A stretch of 59,907 bases of DNA from positions 1 through 59,907 of the forward strand of contig JARKSN010000246.1 of NCBI GenBank assembly GCA_029974275.1, in the 5' to 3' direction. The notes beneath the pieces were generated by a model, which saw only the letters and a list, made by a program, of their open reading frames with translations, ran no database searches and was not told the origin of the DNA. Positions 9,341 to 19,335 of this stretch are shown piece after piece. Position numbers and translations under genes: made by a program. The stretch's first letter is position 1, and each line of letters begins with the position of its first letter. Origin of the DNA: Candidatus Hydrogenedentota bacterium. Its GTDB lineage: Bacteria > Hydrogenedentota > Hydrogenedentia > Hydrogenedentales > SLHB01.

Positions 9341-10658
9341 AATCCGCCGATTCGAGTATTTTTTTCAGCGCGCCCATGAACTGGGCTGCCACGGCGCCGT
9401 CGATGACACGGTGGTCGCTCGACAACGTCAGTTTCGCGATGGGCCGAACCTGGATGCCACCGTCGATTACAACGACCGAATCCTTGATTTGTCCGACGGC
9501 CAAAATCGCGCTGTCGGGCTGATTGATGATCGCCGTAAACTGATCCACGCCGAACGCGCCGAGGTTGCTGATCGTGAACGTGTTGCCGGAATAGTCGTCC
9601 GGCGTGAGTTTGCCGGTCTTGGCCTTCTCCGTCATGTCGCGCGTTGCCTTGCTCAATTCCTGCAACGACATGGCCTGGGCGCGTTTCACAACCGGCACAA
9701 TCAGGCCGTTCGGCAACGCCACCGCAACGCCGAGATTGACGTCGCCCAACTCTTCGATCGCGTCGCCCGCCCAACGCGCGTTGACCTGGGGAAATTGTTG
9801 AATGGCCTGCACGACCGCGCGCATGACAAGATCGTTAAATGACGCTTTATAGGACAACGTGCCGCGGAATTGCCTTGCCCTGGTCATGTCGACCTCGACC
9901 GTCACGAAGTAGTGCGGCGCCGTAAACAAGCTCTCGCACATCCGCTGCGCGATGATCTTGCGCATTGGGGTCAGCGGCGTCCGGCGCACTTCGCCCGTCG
10001 CGGGCGGCAATGCGGCGGGAACCATCGGCGCGACAAAGCCCGCCGCCGTCTTCAGCACATCGGCTTTCGTGACCCTGCCGTGCGGACCGCTTCCCTCAAT
10101 GGCGGCGAGGTCCACGCCTTCGCGTTGCGCAAGCTTGCGAGCCATCGGCGTAGCCTTCACGGAGCCCGCATACGCCACAACATCCGCTTCCATCACGCGT
10201 CCGCCCGCGCCCGTCCCTTGAATGCGGGTCGGGTCAACACCCAATTCCGAAGCAACCCGACGTGCCCGCGGCGACACGGGCGAACCGGACGCCGAGGCGT
10301 TCGTTACCGTTGCCTGGACCGGAGCCGGCGCAACACTCGCCATGGGAGCGGTTGCAGCAGGCTGGGCTGTCGGAACAACCGCTGCTCCACCGCTGTATTG
10401 ACGAAGGTCAGGCATCGGTTCATCGGCCGTGCCGACCAATGCCACCACGGTAAGCACCGGAACAAGTTCATCCGGCGGAACTATGATCTTGCGCAAAACG
10501 CCCGACGCCGTGGATTCGCATTCAATTTCTGCCTTGTCGGTCTGGATGGAGAAAAGAGTTTCGCCTTGTTCGACGCTCTCGCCTTCTTGTTTGCACCACT
10601 TGATGATGGAGGCTTCCTCCACCGATTGTCCGAGCTGGGGCAGTTTGATTTCGTTCAT
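9336..10658 (-). CDS. 2-oxoacid dehydrogenase E2 (dihydrolipoamide acyltransferase)
   Basis: Lipoyl domain with TDKA, two peripheral subunit-binding domains, and FTISNLG and SDHRVIDG catalytic motifs. Confidence 0.93.
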   Translation of the reverse strand: MNEIKLPQLGQSVEEASIIKWCKQEGESVEQGETLFSIQTDKAEIECESTASGVLRKIIVPPDELVPVLTVVALVGTADEPMPDLRQYSGGAAVVPTAQPAATAPMASVAPAPVQATVTNASASGSPVSPRARRVASELGVDPTRIQGTGAGGRVMEADVVAYAGSVKATPMARKLAQREGVDLAAIEGSGPHGRVTKADVLKTAAGFVAPMVPAALPPATGEVRRTPLTPMRKIIAQRMCESLFTAPHYFVTVEVDMTRARQFRGTLSYKASFNDLVMRAVVQAIQQFPQVNARWAGDAIEELGDVNLGVAVALPNGLIVPVVKRAQAMSLQELSKATRDMTEKAKTGKLTPDDYSGNTFTISNLGAFGVDQFTAIINQPDSAILAVGQIKDSVVVIDGGIQVRPIAKLTLSSDHRVIDGAVAAQFMGALKKILESADF

Positions 10659-10670
10659 GATTTACCTTTT

Positions 10671-10845
10671 TTAAGATTCACCACAAAGGCACAAAGAACA
10701 CAGAGGAACACAAAGTGAAGAAAAAGAAAACCACCGATGCACACAACTGGAGGATAAAATGAGGAGTTCATTAACTTCCTTTGTGCCTTTGTGTTAAAAA
10801 TCTTTCTTTCTCTGCGCCTTTGCGTCTCCGCGCCTCTGCGGTAAG
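10671..10845. repeat. Intergenic composite REP-like repeat, copy B
   Basis: TTAAGATTCACCACAAAGGCAC (shared with copy C), CACAAAG/CACAGAG units, the complementary CTTTGTGCCTTTGTG, and the CTCTGCGCCTTTGCG block. Confidence 0.85.
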
Positions 10846-10852
10846 TTCCTTC

Positions 10853-12037
10853 TCACTTCTTCAGCCAACCTTCCGCTTGCAGGCGGTCCATACCTTCTTC
10901 AACAAAGTCCGCGAGGGGCGAGTCTGCGGAAACCTGACAATACTGTTCGAGAACTCCCACAAGGCCGCGTTCACGAAATGCCTGTTGCACCTGCTGCGCC
11001 GCAAGATCATCCGGGTGATCGTAGCGAATCGCCGCTGCGGCTGCAAATGCCACGTGTTTCGGCGCAATGCCTTGCTCCAAGCACATCAGCGCCGAGCCGA
11101 CAAGACGGTCCCTCGGGCCGAGTTTCCGAATCGGGTCTTTCGCGACGCGCGCGACCGTGTCCCCCAGCGCTCTGTTATGAAACCGATGCACGAGATCGGC
11201 CCAGTGTTCCTGCAACGCCGCTGCATCAAGGCCGTGCTTTTTCACCAACCCCGCACAGGTCTCCTGCATCGCGGCGTCCACTTCGCTGCGCACGCTCGGA
11301 TCGGAAATCGCCTGCCAAATATACTCGTGCCCGCGGAAATAACCGAGATAGGCCGTCGACGCATGCCCCGCATTGTGGACGAAAAGTTTGCGCTCCACGT
11401 ACGCCCCGAAATTCGCGAGCGGCTCCATATGCTTCAGCGGCGGAATAGCCCCCTTGAAGCCGCATGCATCCACCGGCAAATGGCAGTACGGCTCGACACA
11501 CACCAGCAACGGGTCCTCGGCCCGCTGCTCAGCGGTCATCACCGGCACCATGCGTCCGATGCTTGCCTCGACAAATCCTACCTTTTCGTCAAGCGCCGAA
11601 TAAAAACGCGGATCGAGATGCTCCCGCACCTTCTCGCGCAGGAACGGGCCCGCTTCCAACATGTTTTCGCACACGATGAAGTTCAGCGCCGGCGCATCGC
11701 CCTGCGCAAACCGCCGCGCAACCCCCGCCGCAAGCGCCGGGGCAATGCGAGGGAGTACATTCACGCCGACCGCCGTCGCCGCGAGGTCTGCCTGCGCAAG
11801 CGCCTCCTCAATAGCCTCGACGTCGCCCGCATGGATTGCGGATACATGCCCAATCGTCAAGTCCACGCTCGTTTCCTCGACAACCCGCAACGGATACGCG
11901 CGCCGGCGATTCAATCCCTCGATGACCTCCGGCACGACATCCACAAACGTCGTCTCGTAGCCCGTCTCAAAAAAAAGCTGCCCCAAAAAACCCCGGCCAA
12001 TATTCCCGGCTCCAAACTGCACCGCGCGCAATGCCAC
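10853..12037 (-). CDS. mtlD: Mannitol-1-phosphate 5-dehydrogenase family
   Basis: AVQFGAGNIGRGF, ATAVG, IVCEN, YVERKLF.HNAGHA and RVAKDPIRKLGP.DRL. GTG at 12037 with AAGGAG RBS. Confidence 0.88.
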   Translation of the reverse strand: MALRAVQFGAGNIGRGFLGQLFFETGYETTFVDVVPEVIEGLNRRRAYPLRVVEETSVDLTIGHVSAIHAGDVEAIEEALAQADLAATAVGVNVLPRIAPALAAGVARRFAQGDAPALNFIVCENMLEAGPFLREKVREHLDPRFYSALDEKVGFVEASIGRMVPVMTAEQRAEDPLLVCVEPYCHLPVDACGFKGAIPPLKHMEPLANFGAYVERKLFVHNAGHASTAYLGYFRGHEYIWQAISDPSVRSEVDAAMQETCAGLVKKHGLDAAALQEHWADLVHRFHNRALGDTVARVAKDPIRKLGPRDRLVGSALMCLEQGIAPKHVAFAAAAAIRYDHPDDLAAQQVQQAFRERGLVGVLEQYCQVSADSPLADFVEEGMDRLQAEGWLKK

Positions 12038-12302
12038 GTCCTGCTTCTCCTTGATGGCTTGAAAATCCCCAACTAAAATGAACTGGATTGTAGCAGACTG
12101 GCCTTGGGGAATCGATTTCGCTGTGGAAAAAAACCGCGAAAACGGCGACACGGCTCTATTTTATCGCAAGTCCTGCTTCAACCGGAAAAACGGAGACATG
12201 GGTCGTTTGCGGCAGGCGCGCCTCCCGAGTAGCATAAGGAGCTGGGGAGCCGGCATTGGCGGTTCCTCGTTTAGCATGACCGTATTCACGAAAGGAGTCG
12301 CT

Positions 12303-13361
12303 GTGTCCGTCGAGCCCGTTCGTTGGATAAACAACAAACTCGTCATCATTGACCAAACCCTCCTCCCCGCCCTTTACAAGGAAATGGAGTTAAACACCGC
12401 CGCCGATGTCTGGGAGGCCATCAAGGTCCTGCGCGTGCGCGGAGCCCCGGCCATCGGCGTTTGCGCGGCGTTTGGCGTGGTGGTCGGCGTGCGCGAAAAA
12501 GCGCCGCAAACGATCGAGGAAGCGCATCGGGCGGTCAACGAAACAGCGGCCTTCCTGGCGACATCCCGTCCGACGGCAGTGAATCTGTTCTGGGCGCTGG
12601 ACCGCATGAAAGCCTTCGCGGCGGCATGCGACGCATCCCGACTCCCGGCCTTCCTACAAGCCATCGAGGCCGAGGCCGTCGATATCTGCGAAGAAGATAA
12701 ACGCCGTTGCCGGGCCATCGGCGAGCACGGCGCCGCGCTCATTCAGAATGGCTACGGCGTTCTCACGCACTGCAACGCCGGCGCGCTGGCGACAGCGGCC
12801 TATGGAACAGCCTTGGCCGTGATGTTCCGTGCGCACGAACTGGGCAAGCGCTTCGCGGTCTTTGCGGATGAGACGCGCCCTCTGTTGCAGGGCGCGCGGC
12901 TGACCGCGTGGGAATTGCAGCAAGCCGGCATCGACGTCACGCTGATCTGCGACAACATGGCCGCGCAGGTGATGCGCGAGGGACGCATCCAAATGGTCGT
13001 CGTCGGCGCAGACCGCATCGCTGCGAACGGCGACGTCGCAAACAAAATCGGCACCTACGGCGTAGCGACGCTTGCCAAGGCGCACGGCATCCCATTCTAC
13101 GTGGCGGCCCCCCTCTCGACGTTCGACTTGACCCTCGAATCCGGCGCTGAAATACCCATCGAACTTCGTGACAGCGAGGAAGTCACGCATGGGTTCGGCA
13201 AACAGACCGCGCCGGACGGCGTAAAAGTCTACAACCCCGCCTTCGACGTGACGCCCGCCGAACATATCGCCGGCATCATCACGGAGCAGGGCATTCTGCG
13301 CAGGCCTTTTGAGGAAAGCATCGAATCGGCAATGGACCGCTCCAACACGACAGGAGGATGA
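12303..13361 (+). CDS. mtnA: S-methyl-5-thioribose-1-phosphate isomerase
   Basis: VRGAPAIG, SRPTAVNL, LTHCNAGALAT, DETRPLLQGARLTAWEL, ANKIGTY and NPAFDVTP. GTG at 12303 after AAAGGAG. Confidence 0.95.
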   Translation: MSVEPVRWINNKLVIIDQTLLPALYKEMELNTAADVWEAIKVLRVRGAPAIGVCAAFGVVVGVREKAPQTIEEAHRAVNETAAFLATSRPTAVNLFWALDRMKAFAAACDASRLPAFLQAIEAEAVDICEEDKRRCRAIGEHGAALIQNGYGVLTHCNAGALATAAYGTALAVMFRAHELGKRFAVFADETRPLLQGARLTAWELQQAGIDVTLICDNMAAQVMREGRIQMVVVGADRIAANGDVANKIGTYGVATLAKAHGIPFYVAAPLSTFDLTLESGAEIPIELRDSEEVTHGFGKQTAPDGVKVYNPAFDVTPAEHIAGIITEQGILRRPFEESIESAMDRSNTTGG

Positions 13362-13365
13362 AACC

Positions 13366-14025
13366 ATGTCTCCCAAGAGGAAAACTAGCCTCATCATCGC
13401 AGTGTTATGCGGCGCGACCCTGGCGGCTGTCAGCGCGGCGGAGGATCGGAAAGGCGACCCATATCCCCTAGGCTTCTGCCCCGTAAGCGGGGAACGCCTG
13501 GGTTCGATGGGCTCGCAGATGATCAAAACGTACGCGGGCAGAGAAATACGATTCTGCTGCGCCGGATGCACGGCCGCGTTTGAAGCCGACAAGGCCAAGC
13601 ATCTCAAAAAAATCGACGAGGAGATCATCAAACAACAGGCGACGCAGTATCCGCTGGACATATGCGTGGCGACCGGAGCGAAACTCGATGCGAGCGCCGT
13701 GGAATGCGTGATCGGCAATCGCCTGTTCCGGGTGTGCCGCGAGGGCTGTAAGGCAGAGGTGGAAAAGGATTTGGCGAAATACCTGGACATCCTCGACAAA
13801 GCCGTGGTTGCCAAGCAAAAAGACGCATATCCATTGGATGTATGCGTCGTCAGCGGCCAAAAATTGGGGAGCATGGGGGAACCGGTGAATTACGTCATCG
13901 GATCGCGCTTGGTCCGTTTCTGCTGTTCGGGCTGCATCGCGTCGTTCGAAAAGGACCCGGCGAAATACTTATCTGTGCTTGACGCGGCGCCAAAGCCCGC
14001 GGCCGCCAGCGCGGAAACCCGATAA
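13366..14025 (+). CDS. Exported protein with three YHS/TRASH-like Cys-rich repeats
   Basis: Signal peptide; three YPLxxCxVxG...RxCCxGC-type units; AGGAGG RBS. Confidence 0.7.
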   Translation: MSPKRKTSLIIAVLCGATLAAVSAAEDRKGDPYPLGFCPVSGERLGSMGSQMIKTYAGREIRFCCAGCTAAFEADKAKHLKKIDEEIIKQQATQYPLDICVATGAKLDASAVECVIGNRLFRVCREGCKAEVEKDLAKYLDILDKAVVAKQKDAYPLDVCVVSGQKLGSMGEPVNYVIGSRLVRFCCSGCIASFEKDPAKYLSVLDAAPKPAAASAETR

Positions 14026-14029
14026 CTCC

Positions 14030-14881
14030 TCACAGGCCAAGGCGAACGAGACGCGAAGCGACCTCCTCGTTGAAACGCGCGATAATGTCCGCGATGAAGT
14101 TGGCAGGGCTCAGCATGTCGTTGACGATCAGCGGCGTGAGATCCATCGCAAAGCTACAGCCCGTCGTGACGTCCGTGCCGTGCGATGCGTGGTACGTCGC
14201 GTGCGCGCGCCGCCGCCCCATCGTAGCGAGGTCATACCGTTTTCCGCCGGCAATCTGCGAATCGAACACGCCGAGCAGTGCCGCTTGAAGGTTCTCATGG
14301 CCGGAACAGTCGAACGCGATTTTGTCGGCATCGATCATCCAATCAAGGTCGCGCCAGACCTCGCACCCGTAGAGCGCTTTCGGGCGTCGCGCCGTGGGTA
14401 GACTACGAATCGCGGCGATGGTCTTGAGCGCAACGCCAACGTGCGTATCGTGCTTGTCCGCGAGATTATGGGTGTACATGACTTCCGGTTGCATCGCGTC
14501 GATCAGCAGGGCGATGTCCGCGATTGGTTCCCGGTTTGCGCCGTCTTTGACCGCCGAACTGGGGAAGTCCAGCAGCGCCAATGCCGCGTATTCGCCCACA
14601 ACAGCCGCTTTTTTCTGCTCTTTGAAGCGGACCGTATGCATGTCCTCGTCCGAAAAATCCCTGTATACATCGTCTCGCGGCGATCCCCGGCCATCCGTCA
14701 GCACCACGCCGGAAAACCACTTGTCCTCGCGCTGGAAGCACCGCACAATCCCGTCGTACGCCATGATTTCGAGGTCGTCCTGATGCGCTGCCACGGCCAA
14801 ATGCGTCGTGCGAGACAAAGCTTCCGGCTCCGCAACCCCATCCGCAACGAACAACTGCGCCGTATTCTGTGAGAACGTCAT
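14030..14881 (-). CDS. PIG-L/LmbE family deacetylase
   Basis: AAHQDDLE and THNLADKHDTH metal-binding motifs. Confidence 0.85.
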   Translation of the reverse strand: MTFSQNTAQLFVADGVAEPEALSRTTHLAVAAHQDDLEIMAYDGIVRCFQREDKWFSGVVLTDGRGSPRDDVYRDFSDEDMHTVRFKEQKKAAVVGEYAALALLDFPSSAVKDGANREPIADIALLIDAMQPEVMYTHNLADKHDTHVGVALKTIAAIRSLPTARRPKALYGCEVWRDLDWMIDADKIAFDCSGHENLQAALLGVFDSQIAGGKRYDLATMGRRRAHATYHASHGTDVTTGCSFAMDLTPLIVNDMLSPANFIADIIARFNEEVASRLVRLGL

Positions 14882-14996
14882 GGAAAGTCCTTTCTTCTAT
14901 GCCTTTCGTCACCCTTCCCTTTGCGCGAAGCGCACGCAAACGTTTTGGGTAGAAATCCGGCAAAAACCTTCTTTTCAAAAGGTTCGCCCTGCGCCT

Positions 14997-16391
14997 CTAT
15001 AACGCCGGCAAACTGGCCGCAGCGATGGATTGCCCCACGCGCCGGGCCTTCTCGTCTGGAAGCTGGACCTTGATTTGTCTTGCAAGCGCTGGAAACTCGC
15101 CATCAAGCACTTCCTGCGCCCCCGTGACAATCAAATCACCGCCGCGCCCTGACGTGCACCGCCCCAGAATCAGCACATGTTTCAGCGCGTAAAAATCGGC
15201 GTAATGCGCGATCGCGTAGCCGAGGTAGCGCCCCATGCTCTGCCAAATCTTCTGTGCGCCCTCGTGGCCTTCCTCTAGCTTCGCCTGTACAAGCTTCAAC
15301 CGATCGGCATCCGTGACGTTTGCCGGCAACTCAATGCCTGCCTTTGCCGTCAGGCGAAATACGCATTGTTGCGACAAGTACAGAGCGCCCACGCCTCGGT
15401 CTTGCGACCATTCGTCCGTGGGCGCATCGGGGCTATAGTCAATCGGGGCGAACGCCAACTCGTTGAGCCACCCCGTGATATTGCCGTCCAACGTGACATA
15501 GCCGCCGGCCTCGCTTGACCCCAATGCCACGCCCAGCACGCCGTTGTCTTCCAGCGACATGGAACCTGCCAGCGCCGTCACCTCGCCGTCGTTGACGACT
15601 TCGACCGGCACGTCCATCTCCCGTTGGATACGCAAGAAAAGGTCATGCACCTTATGAAACTGGTCCTTGGGAACGCCGCGAAACAGCGAAGCAATCATCG
15701 GCCGATTGTTGATGATCACCCCCGCCGAACTGCCGCCGATCGCATCCACCCGTGGCATTTTCGTCGCCGCCGCTCGGAGGGCAGTCATGATTTCACGGAA
15801 ATGATACTCGGGGTCCGTCTGCTTGCGCGGTTCCCAAACGACTTCTTCACTGTATACGGCTTCGCCGTCCACGACAGCCGACACTTTGCGATCCGACGCG
15901 CCGAGATCGAAGCCGATCCGGCAACCGTCCAGGTGACGCCCCAAGGGCTTCGTGGTTTCTCTCTCGGCGGGCACGTTCTGCACCGAGCACGCGACGATGG
16001 AAAAGGTTTTTTCGTAGACCGATTCGCCCATGAACTGGTGATCGAAGCGACGGTCGCCCTGAGGCGAATAGCACGCGCGAAGATGCGCGGCAATGTCCGC
16101 CGAACCACCCACATACACCGTGCATCCGCCGCGTTGCCACAGCAAAAACTTCAACAACCGCTCCACATAGCACAGATTTGCCCCGGCGCGCGGGTGGCCG
16201 TCGGGGTACACCCGAGTCTCATACCGCGACACCGAACCATCGCCCCGCTCCAACCCCAACGCCAATGATGTCGCGACGCCCGATGCGTCCAGTTCGCGCA
16301 AGTACGCGTGGTTGGCCAAGACCGCCGGACGGAAGCCCGGGTCTAGCGGCGGCGTAAAAGCGGGAGAAACAAGCGGAAATCCCTCTGTCAT
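14997..16391 (-). CDS. ROK family sugar kinase-like protein with N-terminal extension
   Basis: IGFDLGASDRK, VVNDGEVTALAG, ALGSSEAGGY and NELAF. ATG at 16391 after GAGGAG. Confidence 0.8.
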   Translation of the reverse strand: MTEGFPLVSPAFTPPLDPGFRPAVLANHAYLRELDASGVATSLALGLERGDGSVSRYETRVYPDGHPRAGANLCYVERLLKFLLWQRGGCTVYVGGSADIAAHLRACYSPQGDRRFDHQFMGESVYEKTFSIVACSVQNVPAERETTKPLGRHLDGCRIGFDLGASDRKVSAVVDGEAVYSEEVVWEPRKQTDPEYHFREIMTALRAAATKMPRVDAIGGSSAGVIINNRPMIASLFRGVPKDQFHKVHDLFLRIQREMDVPVEVVNDGEVTALAGSMSLEDNGVLGVALGSSEAGGYVTLDGNITGWLNELAFAPIDYSPDAPTDEWSQDRGVGALYLSQQCVFRLTAKAGIELPANVTDADRLKLVQAKLEEGHEGAQKIWQSMGRYLGYAIAHYADFYALKHVLILGRCTSGRGGDLIVTGAQEVLDGEFPALARQIKVQLPDEKARRVGQSIAAASLPAL

Positions 16392-16979
16392 GGCGACGCA
16401 CTCCTCGCACTCGTTTACATAGGATAGCCCTCGCAAAAAACCGACTCTGGATATATACAGAAGAAAAGATCCTCATTCCAGCTTCTTCACGCCCCCGCCG
16501 TACAAGCCTTCGCCTCATGCCGCCATTCCGTCCGTTCCGCCGCCCCCCTGAGTCAAACAGACGCATTTACCTTCAAAGCTATCGCATTAACATTTCAATC
16601 CGTCCGAGCGCGCGTTGGGGCAAGCGACAAGACGCCATCCCGCCGTTCCGGATCCGATCGGCCAGAACGCTCTGCCCCTCAAACGTGCTTGGCATATGAA
16701 TATCGACTCTTGCGCCCAGACCCTCGGCGCAAAAACCGGCGCTACGGCACATCACCGATGACCATGCTCATCTGCCGTTGCCTTGAACCCATTCCGTCCA
16801 GCTTCTATCATGCGGGCGATCGGTTGCCGGGATGAAAACGCGTCCTGTTTTTTTTGCGGCGTTCGCGCAACGGGAGTACACTAAGCCATACGGAAAAACG
16901 CCGCACAACGCGCCGGTCCGGTCCTAGCTTGGGCAATCCGTCCCTAGGCGAGGATTCCCGGAGAATAAGGTAAGAACGC

Positions 16980-19235
16980 ATGCCATACGAGTATCTGGGG
17001 CTTCTAAAGACGCTATTGCCCTCGCCGCCCGCAGAGCCGCACGAGGGAGCGGAATCCGTTGAGTTTGGCCCCGATGACCTGATGCGGTGGACAGTGGAAG
17101 ACCTCGATTCCAACATCGAGTGGAAACACATCCCCGCAAGCCATTCGCGCACGGACGAGGGCGTTCGGCTGGTGGGGCGTTTCGAAGACGTTCGACGGAT
17201 GGACTGCCTGGAGCCAGACGATCCCCGTTTCTGGGTTCCGTTGGGGACGTGTGGCGTCAAGGATGATCGGTTTCCCGTGGACGCTCTCCGCTTTCCCGTG
17301 ATGGAGGTGACGTACCGGTGCCTGTCCGAAAACGCCTTTCCCGCCATCGCCTGGAGCTATCGCGGCGGCGAACACATACATCGTCTCTCCTCGTCGCGAC
17401 GTTGGCGCACGGCAGCCTGCTGCATCTCGCATAACGGTTTCCCCGAACGCCTGGAAAGCGTCATCATCCGTCTCTTCTCGACCTCGCGAAGCAGCGAATC
17501 GATGGAAGTGCGTTCGATCCGGTTCCGAACCATGAGTTCGTCCGAAGCCGAGGCATTCCGCCTCTTCCAGACGCAGGCCGCCCGGTTCACGCCGCCGCCG
17601 TCCTATCAATCATTGAACGACTTCATGCCTTTGGGCACCGTCATGAACGCCCAAACGGCGCGACGCATGGCCGAAACGCTGGGCATCGGCGCGGACGAAT
17701 ACTGGTCGCTTGCGCTCGAAGACCTTGTCCGCCACCACCACAACTGTGTCATGCTCGAAGACGGCCAGACCATGACCGCAAACGAATGGGAAGAATTGCT
17801 CGCTCTATTTGAACGCTTCAAGATGAAATTGCTGCCCATGGTCGATTTCCCCGTCGAAGAAGAGCCATCGGCGTGGCAAGAATACATCGCGAACCACATC
17901 AAGCCGTATGCGCAATCCGATGCAATCCTAGCCTGGTCGCTCAACCACGCGCCGGAACGTCATGCCCTTCCGCGCCTGACAGATGCGCGTGCGCTTATCG
18001 AGCAAGCCGATCCGCGTCATCCCCTGGCCGTGATAACCCGGCAGCCGGGCGCCTATGTCTCTTTGGCGCCGTATTTTGCGGCCTCTGGCATTGCCCGCTT
18101 CGTCTCACATGCCTCCTGGCACATGGGAGAACTGGCGCGCGAACACAGCCGCCTCTGCCGAGGACAGCAATTCTGGCTGATGGCCCCGGCATTCATCCAC
18201 GCGTCGGGCGCTCCGGACTGGAACAGCTGCGCCGAAATGCGGCTCATGGCCAATCTGGCCCTGGCCAACGGAGCGCGCGGCTGGTTCACCTATGCCTATC
18301 ATAACGATCCCGTCTGGATGTCCGGAGATTGCCAACGTTCCCTCACCGGCCCTTTTCTCGCGTTCAGCGATCTCTGGCTCGAACTCGACCAGCGAATGGA
18401 CCGGCTTCGCACGCTGGCCCCGCTTTTCTTGAACGCCTCCGCGGAAGAAATCTCGGGGAATTGGTACATCAGCAGCGTGCAATCCGGCGATCACACCTAC
18501 CTTCCAGGGGGGGCGGCGCCCATAGGATCGTTCCGTTTTCTCGGCCCGGACTACGAACTGTACGTCATCATCAACAACGATATCCGCGGAATGGCATCCC
18601 TCAACATCGATTTTCCTCCGGAATCATTGGACGGCCAGGAATTATATGACGTTTCCGACTTCATCTCGGAGCGTCAGTGGGTTCCCATGAACCTGAATCG
18701 TCACCTCGAAATGTTTCCGGGACAAGCTCGGGCCATCCTCAAAGCGACGCCTGAGGTGTGCGCCTTCTGGCGCAACAATTTGGCCAGCGCCCTTATCGAA
18801 GACGACCGCCAAATCATCGCCTATGACTACAAGATCGCCCAGACCTACGGATTGAACACCGCCGAGATCGAGGAGAATTTGGAACAGGGCGAGGCAAGCG
18901 GCGGGCTCCTCAACAGTCTGGCGTACATGGATCGCGCCCGAGCGCAACTTGTAGACCTCATTTACGACGCCCCCGCCATCAGCATCGCGCGCAGCCGCGT
19001 CATTGAAGCCAGCGCCGCGCTATGCGCGTGCGACGGAGCCTTGTGCCGCGTCATGGCGCGCGGAAAGGTCGAAAAAGCAAGGGAACTGGGCCAGCGGCTG
19101 ACGCCTTTGGCGCGCGAGTTCATCCACATGCGTCTTGAACTGCGCCTTGGACACGGAAGCGCCATCGTGCAACACGCCGAGAGCGTCGTACGCCGCACCC
19201 TGGAACTGCTCGCCGAAATACGATCGCACGCATAA
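16980..19235 (+). CDS. Hypothetical 751-aa protein with a glycoside-hydrolase-like TIM-barrel segment
   Basis: Long ORF with typical codon use. Segments AILAWSLNHAPE, DPRHPL and EMRLMANLALANGARGWFTYAY resemble clan-A GH barrels. No signal peptide. Confidence 0.6.
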   Translation: MPYEYLGLLKTLLPSPPAEPHEGAESVEFGPDDLMRWTVEDLDSNIEWKHIPASHSRTDEGVRLVGRFEDVRRMDCLEPDDPRFWVPLGTCGVKDDRFPVDALRFPVMEVTYRCLSENAFPAIAWSYRGGEHIHRLSSSRRWRTAACCISHNGFPERLESVIIRLFSTSRSSESMEVRSIRFRTMSSSEAEAFRLFQTQAARFTPPPSYQSLNDFMPLGTVMNAQTARRMAETLGIGADEYWSLALEDLVRHHHNCVMLEDGQTMTANEWEELLALFERFKMKLLPMVDFPVEEEPSAWQEYIANHIKPYAQSDAILAWSLNHAPERHALPRLTDARALIEQADPRHPLAVITRQPGAYVSLAPYFAASGIARFVSHASWHMGELAREHSRLCRGQQFWLMAPAFIHASGAPDWNSCAEMRLMANLALANGARGWFTYAYHNDPVWMSGDCQRSLTGPFLAFSDLWLELDQRMDRLRTLAPLFLNASAEEISGNWYISSVQSGDHTYLPGGAAPIGSFRFLGPDYELYVIINNDIRGMASLNIDFPPESLDGQELYDVSDFISERQWVPMNLNRHLEMFPGQARAILKATPEVCAFWRNNLASALIEDDRQIIAYDYKIAQTYGLNTAEIEENLEQGEASGGLLNSLAYMDRARAQLVDLIYDAPAISIARSRVIEASAALCACDGALCRVMARGKVEKARELGQRLTPLAREFIHMRLELRLGHGSAIVQHAESVVRRTLELLAEIRSHA

Positions 19236-19335
19236 GACCGCGCCGCATTCGCCGCGCATTTTCGTTGCGCGAGCCGCGCGCAGATCGTATCATGCAGCCT
19301 TGCTCCGTCGCTTCACAAAGAAGGGGGAAAGCGCC

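Noticed and set aside
9106..10845. Periodic repeats as a possible CRISPR array
   Set aside because: No constant 23-47-nt repeat with unique spacers, and no cas genes; the units are ~9-nt degenerate modules with inverted partners.
16392..16979. Long intergenic region with an inverted pair (TGCGGCGTT / AACGCCGCA)
   Set aside because: No recognisable ncRNA motif or credible ORF; consistent with divergent promoter space.
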